NCBI RefSeq assembly: GCF_009914755.1 | Contig: NC_060927.1 | Direction: 5' to 3' (one strand) | Source of the DNA: the human T2T-CHM13v2.0 reference genome, Homo sapiens | Length of the DNA: 64,000 nt | Shown: positions 1 to 13,600 of the stretch, piece by piece | Layout: each line of letters starts with the position of its first letter | Numbering within the stretch: position 1 is the stretch's first letter | Notes under the pieces: generated by a model | The model's database searches: none | Seen by the model: only the letters and a program-made list of their open reading frames with translations | Told to the model about the DNA's origin: nothing | Program-made: the position numbers and the translations under genes

Positions 1-359
<359 letters not shown>

Positions 360-627
360 TCATCATTAAACCAGATAATCTGTCAAATCAGATACTGACA
401 ATTCTGGCAATAATATTTGAGAGCAGGTTGTGATTGCTATTCCTGCAAATAATAATCAGTGTAACTTTCCCTGATTTTATGTAGTTATTCAAAACCAAAT
501 CTAAGAGCACGAAGGACCAATTAATTTGGAAAGTATTGATATCTTAGTCAAGTTCTAAGTCAGTATTAACAATGGATGTACCTACTTTCTCTTTTGTTCA
601 CTGATGATCTTATTTTTCCATTGACAG

Positions 628-727
628 CTGCATCTCCAGTGTGATGTGTGATAATGCAAGCATAGTACTTAGGGTGAGGAAAGTAAGTGACTCCAGCATT
701 CTGGTGATGTATTCTTTGAATACGTAA
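628..727 (+). CDS. FBXW12: FBXW12 terminal coding exon (F-box/WD repeat protein 12, C-terminus); rest of gene lies upstream of the window
   Basis: Acceptor tttttccattgacag at 627; reads [32 protein letters not shown] (TAA 725-727); position convergent with PLXNB1 fits the known gene order; variant polyA signal AGTAAA at 772-777. Confidence 0.8.
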
Positions 728-812
728 TATGGAAACTAACAAAATTGACCTTGCATCATCTTCTGCAATGTAGTAAAGAAATTCTATTTGCAAGCCCAGA
801 ATGATTATTTTA

Positions 813-992
<180 letters not shown>

Positions 993-1799
993 TTAAAGAA
1001 CAATGAAAGTGGACATATGACATGGCTGAAGAGATCTGGTTAAGCCATTTTCTTGATTATAAGAGAACAGAGTCTATAAGGTAATACATGGGCAGTGGAG
1101 ACCAAAGTAGAAGATAAGACAGAGGGAGAGAAATGTGTAGAATCATGTACAAAGAATGTCACTTGCCAAAGGGAACAGGAATAAGTAGAGGATCCCACAA
1201 GGATCTGCAATTCCCAGATAACTTAGGTTAAAAAGGGGGTAAAATTGAATTGCTGTTGGGTTTTCATTTTCCAGAAACATGGTGGAAATGCATAGCACCT
1301 CAGCATTGTTCAAAACTGCAAACACAAAGCAAAACTAAAAAAATCCATGGTTAGATGGCTGGAATAGAATAGAAACTTCCAAAATTGGAGAATGAAGAAA
1401 ATCCAGAAAATTCAACAAATGCTGAAGTTAATGTCTTATTTCATAGAATTCCAAAGGCTACATGATGAAATACAGGCCTCCACCAAATTGGTGGTGAGAT
1501 CAGAAATCTACAAGATCCGGGACCCTCAGAAAAGTAATACTCCTTGTAGGTAAACTGAGGGAAAATCTATTCGTTAGAGAAGGATGAACAGCTACCTCCC
1601 TCAGCTTCAGAGATGGGTGAAATCAAGACAGAGAAACAATTATCTTCAGAGAATTCCTAACCATAACCAAAGTCACATTTGGGGTTTATATCAGTCAAGG
1701 TCCCAGGATGATAAAGATGACACATACAAATTAAGGTAATTTGAGGAAGGTTTAATAAAGGAACTATTATAATTTGGGGCACAGTTTTTTTCTTTTTAA

Positions 1800-2211
1800 G
1801 TAGATGAATTGGCTCTCCAGTCTGTGGCTCTCCCATCCCATCCCTCCCCACAGACCTCATCTGACGGCTATTGCCCTTTGGTAAGATAGTGCCTTCTGGT
1901 TATAACAGCCTAGGCTGCTACAGCCATTCAGAGCTCTCTGACCCAAAGATTCCCATCTGCTCCCACGCCCCTGCTGCTGAGCAACATCACCTAGACACAA
2001 AGGTCCCCACTCCCATCTCCTCTCCAAGTGTTCCCTTGCTCTCCTCCCCTTCTGGATGGTGGCTCCTGCACCTCAAGCCTCTAGACAGTCTCATGCTATG
2101 AGGAACTTCCCTCTCACACAACCCTACTCAAGCCCCACTCAGTAAAGTTTGCTGCCTCCCATGGTCGCATCTTTTTCTTTGATCAGCTCCCAGATCCCTC
2201 AAACCCCTACA
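1800..2211 (+). mobile_element. Old solo LTR (ERVL-like, family uncertain)
   Basis: LTR-type 3' end: agtaaa signal then ...gatcagc...aaacccctaca; flanked by L1-like sequence. Confidence 0.5.
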
Positions 2212-2243
2212 GATCTGTATCCCAAATATATAAAGAGCTCTCA

Positions 2244-3609
<1,366 letters not shown>

Positions 3610-4839
3610 CCCTCAATAATTTCTTAAAGGAAATTACCACATGAGAATTTACACAATGGACACTGAACATCATTCAAACAGGAAATGTAGACTTTAAGGC
3701 AGGAAGTATTATTAGAAATAAAAACGAATTTTTTATGACAAAAAGATCAAAACAGAGATAATAAAATTTAAAATATATATGCATGCCTTGCTTCAAATAT
3801 AGGATCCAAAAGTTGACAGAGTTAAAAGGAGAAATGGGCACAGCCATGGGAGGTGTGAGAAGGGAGCCAGTGGGAAAGCAAAAGACTGAAGAACAAGGAG
3901 ACTGGGGTGGGGAGTAAGAAGCAAAGAAGGACCTGGGCTTGGCTGGTCCTCCAAGGGACCCAGGGACCCGGTCCAATCATGGACTGAGGACATGGGCTCA
4001 GGAGGTGGACTGAGGCCCCCGGAGAGAGCGGCAGGGTGGGAGGTGTAACCTGCACAGCATGGAGCAGTGGGAGCCTGGGGTTCCATCTGGAGACATGGGT
4101 TCTAGTCCCACTTGCTGTGTTTTTGGGGCATGTCACTCCATCTCCCTGGGTTCAGCCTCCCCAGGGAAGGACACTCTCTCCACCCTTCCCCAGCCTGGCC
4201 CTCACAAACGATGATGCCAAAGCAGTATCCTTCATGTGTGGGGTTAGCGATAGGGCCGCTGGCCAGAGAGAAGATAGAGGCAGGGCCTCTGGCATTGTGT
4301 GGAGCCTGGATCTTGCTCTGCAGTCTGGGAGAACCCTGGGCATGGGAGGAAGAGCCAAGAAACCTCTCAGGCTGGATGACAGCCTCTGGGGGCTCACACC
4401 GTCCTCTACCCTAGGAGAGGCCAGGGCAAGGTGTGCACCCTGCTGCTGTGCACCTTCTCCTTGTCCTCCTCTGAGGCCTCAGGCAGTCGCCCAGTTGGGT
4501 CACTCTTCACCAGGGTTAGGCCTGGCACCTTGGCATGGAGGGCCAGCTCTTGCCCACAGGCTCTAGAGGCCCTGAGGGTCACCAGGGCCCTTCCCCCTCC
4601 CGTGACAGCTTGCACAGGATGCTGTCTTTGGAAAGGTGGTTAGGGACTCGCACCTTACAGAAGAGGAACCAGAAGCTTGGAAAAGATGACTGTTCCTAGG
4701 TGGTCAGTGCCAGGGCCTGGCCAAAGCCCACTTCTCAAGCTCCAAGTCCATGGGGTGTTCCACCAGAACATCATTCCCCAGTGAGCAGAGCCTCTGCCTG
4801 TCCCCAATGCTACACACACACTTCAAACATATACATCAA

Positions 4840-4840
<1 letters not shown>

Positions 4841-4866
<26 letters not shown>
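4841..4866. repeat. (CA)13 microsatellite
   Basis: Direct reading. Confidence 0.95.
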
Positions 4867-4870
<4 letters not shown>

Positions 4871-5559
4871 TCTGCTGCCTCCACTCCAGTCAGCAACCTG
4901 GGCTGGGCGCAGGCGCGAGGGTTTGTCTCTGCGTGGGGGCTTGGGAGTGCCCCACACACATTTCTTTGGGTGTAGAGAACCAGGCGTCCTGCCCCTCCCC
5001 CAGCTCCGGATGGGTCTGTGCCTGGCCCTGCTGACTTCTGCCCTGAGATGAAGCTGTAGACACAGCCTGTAGTGTGGAGTCTTCCTTGGGTCCCTATTTG
5101 CACACCCAGCATCCCACCCAACCTGGAGATAAGGTGAAGAGGCCCAGTCAGCCCCCAAAATTTGGTGTTTCCAAGGTCCTTCAGGTGGACAGTGCAGCAC
5201 CGCCCAAGGAGCACTAGGGCATGGAGTGCGGTGGAAAATTCTGCAAGCCAGGGGGCTGGAAACCAAGTACTGCTATGGCCGTGACCTTGTGGCCTTGAAT
5301 GACAAAGCACCTGCTAGGTGCCTCCCAGGACAGCAGGTCCTCAGGCCAGAGGCAGTTTTCTGCCCACTTCTTCACCACTCAGCAGTCCAGAGGCTGCCCT
5401 GCCATTCAGGCTCCCCTGCCCTCTGGCTTTCAGGTGGCTTGGCCAACGGGACGGGCTGGCAGGAGTCTGGGCAGTGGGGAGGAACAAGAGGCCAGGGTAA
5501 TTATTCCCCCAGCATCCTCCCTCTGAAGCTTCCACCTTTAGCCACAGCCCCACTGGTCC

Positions 5560-6680
5560 TGATGACTACTCTGTCCCTACCCCTAGAGCCCAGGACTGGT
5601 AACAGCTGTGCTTCACCATCCCTTATTGGCTTCCCAGAGCCTGCAGCTCTGTAAGTAGTCCCCTCATTAAACTCTCTTCCAGCTGCATCTTTCCTGGTAC
5701 ATGCTGTCAGTTTCCTGCCAGGAGCTGGACTGATCCAGCACTTGATAAATGTTTCTTCATTAAATCCTGCCAGGTGCCAGCTTGGGATCCAACCCCATGA
5801 CACAGAGTGGCTCCTGCCACATGCCAGAATGTCCCTGCCCTTCTCTCCAGAGGCCCAGTCAGTGAGAGGAGGAGGAACTAGAATCCAGGTCTCCTGCCTC
5901 CCAGAGCAAGGCTCCTGTCACTCCACTCCCTGGGGCTTCTTGGGCCTGAGATCTTGAGGCAAGTCTGGTGGTGGAGGAGGTCTTGAGCAAGACAGGCTTG
6001 AATCCTCTCTTCCTGGTGGCACCCATTCACTAGGGCAGCAGGTGCCCCAGCAGCACCAACTCACCAGCATGGGTGGAGGGGCCAGGTTAGCAGGTTCCCA
6101 GGCACCTGCAGCGTCAGCCAGCATGCAGCTCCTGGCTTCCCACGGGCGCCACTGACTCAGCAGTCAGAGGCTGTGGGTAACACTGCTGCCCCCTTTGCCA
6201 GCTTATAGGTGACAGAGGCTTCTATAGTCACTCACCGCTGGATAACTACTCCCCTTTTTGTCCTTCACACACTTTCATAATCAATCCCTTATATTTAAAT
6301 TCCTTCCATTGGAAACACCTAGAGTGGTTTCTGGTTTTTTGTTGTTGTTGTTGTTGTTTTCTTTTTGAGACAGAGTCTCATTCTGCTGCTCAGGCTGGAG
6401 TGTGGTGGCATAATCTCAGCTCACTGAAACCTCTGCCTCCCAGGTTCAAGTGATTTTCCTTCCTCAGCCTCCCCAGTAGCTGGGATCACAGGTGCACACA
6501 ATCACACCCGGCTAATTTCTGTATTTTCAGTAGAGATGGGGTTTCACCATGTTGATCAGGGTGGTCTCGAACTCCTGACCTCAAGTGATCCACCCACCTT
6601 GGCCTCCCAAAGTGCTGGGATTACAGGTGTGAGCCACTGTGCCCGGCTGTTTTCTTGACTAGTCACTCACTGTTATCTCA
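5560..6680 (+). mobile_element. Degraded LTR remnants interrupted by an Alu (-, about 6335-6647, TTG tail)
   Basis: LTR-type 3' ends (attaaa...tttcctgccagg...gactgat; aaacacctagagtggtttctg|Alu|tttcttgact). Confidence 0.5.
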
Positions 6681-6789
6681 ACTATGTCCTAAGACATAGC
6701 TCACCCTAAAACCAGAATTCACGTTAAAGACAGGGTAAGATTACTCACTAAGCTCCAGCACTACTGAATTCCACTGTTGTGATTTCTCT

Positions 6790-7692
<903 letters not shown>

Positions 7693-9878
7693 TAAAGAGA
7701 GATCCATAAAACATCGCCAGTCAGCTGACCTAGGTAGTTTGGGGTGTATTTGTTCTTCAATGTGGCATCCTTAGGGAACCTGGTGGAGGAAACACATGCA
7801 TCAGCAGCCATTGGTGCCAAGCAGAACACAGCTAGGTTCCCTGTATCCCCCAGCACCACCCAGAGTCACCTGTTGGCACTGGCCAGTGGGATCCAGGTCC
7901 TGACCATTTGGAAGGTTTCAGGTGGCTTCTAAGAATTCCAACATTCATCAGCATAAATTCAGCTGTTATCTTAATTAGCACGATTATTTCAGTATCAGAA
8001 AATTAATAAAAATATAGAACTCCTGGGTCATGTAACCATTTGGACAATTATTCCAACTTTTAAGTTGGTGAAAACGCTTTTTAATAAAGCACATCACTCC
8101 ATAAAACGCCTTAAGGAGCCCCGGGTGGTAATGAGAAACAAAGGCCCTTTGTATGCTAACAGGTTTGTGAAAAATGTAATAATGAGGGCACACTTTCGTT
8201 GCAGTCTTAATAAAAATTAGGAAAAGATTGATCAAACTGAATTACAAATGTTCTATGCTGAAATTGTGGTCATGACCCAAGTTAAGCGATCACAAATTCT
8301 TGCTGGTGTTGGAATCTCCATTCTTGGTCATGGTTTGGAGTGAAGACAGAATTTCCTATCTTCTTGTGCCAGGTTTTTCTTCTCTATGTCTGTTATTATA
8401 ACAATGTTCTGTGGCGGCCGAGCCATGACTCAGTGAGTGACTCAAAGCACGTTCAGTACTCACCCCTCCCGCGGGCACGTGCCCAGGCTTGCAGGCACAT
8501 GGCCCCCCTCTCCCGGGAGCCTTCACCTACCCCTAAAACCTGCAGGGGCCTGAACCTGGAACAGAGAGGCCTCTGGAACAGAGGCATGGCTCTGTCGAGG
8601 TCTGTGGTGCTGACCAAGGCTGCTTCCCTCTGTGTCTGCTTGAAGTCCACCCTCAAGTGGATTTCCCATCCACCCTGCTCCCAGAGATGGTCAAGATGGA
8701 GACCCATTCCATGGTCTCCAACGGGAAAAGTCAGGACCATTCTGGGTGGCTATGAAAACCTGGCCAGAGCATCCAAGCTCACATGCTCCCAAATGATGGC
8801 ACCTGGCTGCTGACCTGACTGTGGTCCCCACATCCGGCAGAAATGGGAAAGAAGGGACAATGGAGCCACAGCGAAGAATAGCAGCTATGACTACCCCCGG
8901 CACAGACAAGACCAACATGGCTCCTTAGGGACAAGGACTTTGTGGATTGTAGGGGCAACCCTACAGTGGATGGCTTTATTTAGGGCCAAAAAAAGGCAGG
9001 GGATAGGAGTCCTCCTGGAATTCTATCAGTCTGTCTCTCTCTAAACACTCAATGAAGACCTCGAGGGGAGGTTGTGGTCTCTGTGCCAGACGAGAGGAAA
9101 TGCTAAGGGTCACTGGGTTATGGAGGATAAGCAGAGGGCCAAAGGGATGATCCCTCTGAAGGCCTCAAGGCTGAAGGGCCTTCCTCTCATCTGCCAGGCA
9201 GAGCTGCCACCCTATCTCTTCTGTTCCATGGGGGGCTGGCCTTCTGCTAAGGCCGAGGGTGGTCTCAAGTCAAGAGGAGTATCAACCCCCTGCCCTACAG
9301 ACCCAACTAGCAACATGAGACCAGATAAGACAGTCTCCAAGCTCACCTCCAGGTACAAATCAGGAAGAACCATATAAGGCGGCCTTCATGGAGGCAGACA
9401 GTTTAGGAGCCGGCCCTAGGATGCCCTGATTTGGAAGGCAACACAGAAACCCTAAGTCCAGGAACAGGACCATGGAAAATGGCCCTCGAGACCCCCTCTG
9501 CCTAGAGTTGCCTGTAATTATGTCATCCTTTCCTAGTCCCTTTCAAGATAAATAGAACATGAGTGGAGAAGTGAGAATACGCAAACTGCAGATAAAGCAG
9601 GCCCCCTTGAAGAGACTGTAGACCCCTCTATCTCGGTCACCCGCCCTGCCCCAGATGGGGTTCTTCCTTCACGGAAGCTTTGACCCCACCAGACCCTGCC
9701 CAGGCGTCAAGGAGAGCCTCAGCCAGCCCTGCAGTCTGGGATATGATGGGGAACCATGAGACTCCCCAAGAGTATAGATACCACCTCCCCCTGGTACCTG
9801 CTGGGCATAGCTGCCGTCCTCCTAGTAGCCAGGGGCTAGGCCGGGCTCACACATCAGACTCAGTGCAGTGTGTTATCC

Positions 9879-9884
9879 TTTAAT
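9879..9884 (-). terminator. PLXNB1: PLXNB1 polyadenylation signal ATTAAA (3' UTR about 9862-10495)
   Basis: tttaat on + strand about 610 nt past the stop; GT-rich sequence follows on the minus strand. Confidence 0.8.
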
Positions 9885-10495
9885 GAAAAGCTGGGTCAAT
9901 GGAGTCACCACTCTCCCCAAGACCCCCCTGCAGCAGATAGCCCTCACCATGGCTACCTATGAGGCAGGGCAGCCCTGTGGCAGCCAGCCCTGCTGAGGGG
10001 TCAGTTTGTAGTGGCCTAGGAGAGGCGTTCAACTCTTAGACCTAGGATGTGGCAGCAGCAACAAGGCCAGAGGCAGCTCAACTGAGGTCAGGGATGGTGG
10101 AGGAGGCAGACAGGAAGCATGGGGCTCTCCTCCTTCCTCTCCGAATCCCAGTGTGGCCAAGGCCAGTGTTCAGGAACAGTACAGTCTCCCCAGGGGCCTG
10201 GAGTCTCTTCCAGCCACTCTCTGGAAGCCCTTAGTCCCCAACTCCCTGCAGACCGGTGTCACAGGGTCGCTGGACTCGGGGAGCAGGCTGGGTACTACCC
10301 CATGAGCCTTGAGGCCCCGGGTCTAGGAGGTGGATCCAGCAGGGCCGAGGCCAGAGCCACCAGGAGACTGGGAGTCACCTTCCACTAACTCTGCTTGTCA
10401 GTCACTACAGGCACCTAAGAAGGTGGCCTCTCCTCCGAGCTTCCAGGGCTGCCCAGGCCAGGCTGAAGCAACAGCAGGCCGTGGCTCCTGGGTTC

Positions 10496-10600
10496 CTATA
10501 GATCTGTGACCTTGTTTTCCACAGCAGCTGCAATCTGCTGGAGCCGATAGCCCAGCTGCATCTTCTGGGCCGTGCCATCCTCCTCCAGGGCAGTGATGAT
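10496..10600 (-). CDS. PLXNB1: PLXNB1 exon 38 coding part
   Basis: IITALEEDG...ENKVTDL*, 105 nt. Confidence 0.95.
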
Positions 10601-13600
10601 CTGAAACAGAGACCAATGCCATCAGGGGAGACTTCTTTGGCCAACGTGTTTGCTGCAAAATTCAACAGCCCTCCTAAGACGCTGTGGCATGAGTGGGGTA
10701 GGAGGCCAAGAAACCCAGCCGGTCACTTCACGTACTTTCTGGGACCTCAGGGCCTCGCTGGCGGGAGGGGTAATAACATCAAAGTCACCGCGGGGTTCCA
10801 GGATGAATAAGGTAGGAAATGAAGGACCTGACTCAGTAGCGAGCTCCTCAGAAGCCCTGCTGCAGCCATCCTGGCTAACCCACCCGCCAGCCAACAGTAT
10901 TTCCCAAGTTCCTGTCTGCCCGGTGCCAGACAAGGGGCAGAGACCCAAGAATGACCAGACACGTGGTGGGAAAACAGACACTGATCAAACACGAACCACG
11001 AATTTGGGGCTGCCACCAAGGGAACCGGTAGGAACCGGAGGGCAGCAGCACTTGGGAAAACAGCTACTGCCCACTATGTCTCCACAAGGGGACATGCCTG
11101 CATCACACCCTGCCTCCCCCAAGCCCCGTGCCATGGCCCACACCATGCCGAGGAAGGCTGTGGGCCATGAGACAGGTTCCTCATCTCTGAGCAGCAATAG
11201 CCATGTCACTGGTGCCACACAAACATCTAAGTGGACTATTCCACCAGGCATCCAGCAGGTTGACTGGCAGGTGCTCAGCTCTTCAGGCACAGCCCAGGGA
11301 TCCTCCAAAAAGCTTCACCAGCTCCAGTGTACCCTCACACCCCTGGCCCTGTGCCTGGACTCTCCTCTTCGCAGCTCATGCAGCCAAGCCAGGCCTGCAC
11401 TTGCATGTTGGCCGTGCCCAACATGCTGCCAACTCAGCAAATGCACACCATCTCCAGGCCCTGGTAGACCCCTTGGCCCCCACAACCACCAGCACTGTGC
11501 CTCGCCGTCCTGCTGGGGAGCTGGAATGGGGAGCAGTGGGACAGGTGAGAGCACAGCCAATGCCAGGAAGCCCGCCTGGAAAACACTTCTCAAGCCACCA
11601 AGGGGCCCGGCCCCCCACTACTCTGTCCCTGGGGAAGACCAAAGCCCCCAACGTGAGTCACAGGGTCAGAGCCCCTTAAGTCTCCTGGGAGGCCTTGGGT
11701 CAGCCTCCCAGTCGGGGTCCAGGGCCTGCCCACCTGGTCATAGTACTTGTTGATGTACTTGTAGAGTTCATGCAGGGCCACTCGCGCCCCGAGGTCTCCG
11801 GAGTAGTTCTAGGGAAGAGGCCAAATGAAAGGTGAGAGAGACGAGGGGTGCAGAGAGCCACAGGAGGCAGCCCAGGACCCCAGGGAAGGGCTGGGGGAGA
11901 AGGGGACCTGAGAGGTAGAGAATGGGATGGGCACTACAGTGGGAAGCAGAGTCCCCTCCATGGCCCAGGGACCCCAGGCCAGGTGTGCCAGATGGGGACA
12001 GAACAGGGTAGAGCAAGGGGGCCTCCTTGGTAGGAAGACAGCCCAGGTCTACCTGCTTCAGCAAGGTCTGGGGTTTCCACTGAAGCCCTGCCTCTCTCAC
12101 CCCCTTGAGGTTCTAGCCCAGACCCTCTGCCACCCAGATGACTCCAGAGCCAAGTGGCACAGATGCCACTTGCAGGCTGACAGCCCAGCATGATTCTGCT
12201 CTGGCCTAACTCAAGTATTTCCTGAGGTCACTCTCAGGCCCCTCCATGGGGACATCTCTGAGCCTCAACTTCCTCACCTGGACGATGGAATTGGTGTCAC
12301 CTAGCTTGTGGAGTTCTTGTGAGGATCAAATAAGACAATCAAAGCACCCCATGAAGGGCTTCACACACAACACCCCAAAATTATATCTGCTATTAGTGTT
12401 GTGGTTGTCATCATCAACATTTCAGAAACATTGTTCATAAACTCCCTGGAGTTACATTTTAGGGCGGTTTCAGGAATGGGAGAGGTGAAGGGGACACCTG
12501 TGCCACCAAGGGAAGCACAGCAGTGGGAAGACGCATGCAGGCAGACCCAGGCAGGCCTGGGGCTGAATCCCAGCTACCTTGCAAGAGCCTGGCTGAATCA
12601 GGGTACATGGCAGCTGCCAGGACAAGACCCCTGCTTGCTCTGTGATGAGATGGTGGGAGCCCTGGTCTTTCAGTGGCAGTTGGAACATTCTGCATTTATG
12701 TTTCCTGCCCCAACCAGCTCACAGGGCTGCTGAGGTTCCCAAGGGCTTCCCTGCAAAGGGGCAGTGTGAAGGGGGAAGGACCGTTGTGGCAGGAGGCCTA
12801 TGCCCAACCCAAGAAGCAGAGGGAGGCCTTACCCAGGACAGTTCAGCCAGGACAGAGTTCATCTCTTGGTCGCTGGCTGGGACAGTCTGTCTGATGTCTG
12901 CATAGTACCTGCCAGAGAGCCAGGGCACAGCAGCTGCTGGGTAAACAAGCCCACTCCCCTGCTCCCAACCAGAGCCCACCCCCCAAGCCTCAGCTGCACA
13001 CGCCCTCCAACCTCTACCCACCGTGCCCTCCAGTACCTTTCCACCATCCGCTTGTACCGGGGAATGTCCCGTGCATACAGAAGTTTGTTGATCGGGGAGT
13101 CCTGGACATAGCAGGAGGACAGCAAAAGAGGAAGGAAGGAAGGATGAGGGTCCCTGTTCGAGTGATCAAGTGTCCTGGGTTTCCCAGTACTGCTTCAGTT
13201 TTGAAAAGGAAAAGTCTCACATCCCAGGAAGCCCCTGAGTCCCGGAAAACCAGGACAGGTGGTCACCCTCGCCTACTTCCTTCCGCAGGAGCCTCTGCTG
13301 CTCCCTCCCTTCCACCAATGTCCAGTCTCTGATGTCATCGGAAATCATTTCTCAGCTCCACATGCCACCATCTAGATCCAGCAAGAGCCCGGTACGTAGG
13401 GCAGGACGCATGCTGTTCACTCCCAGGGTCATCATTTTAAAAATGAGCAAACAGACCCAGAACATTACCTAAGCGGCCACAGACCACCTCTCTCCCCAGT
13501 GGCTGAGCTAGGATTTCAAGCAGGTCTGTCCAGTTTCCACCACTTTAACACACCTAGACACAGCGTCTACAACTGAACTGGGTTCAAGTCCCAGCAGCCA

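Noticed and set aside
3820-5450. GC-rich unique stretch with overlapping 100-176 aa ORFs, considered as a processed pseudogene
   Set aside because: No recognisable protein, polyA tail or TSD; only an NRF1-like gcgcaggcgc near 4907. A BLAST search would be needed
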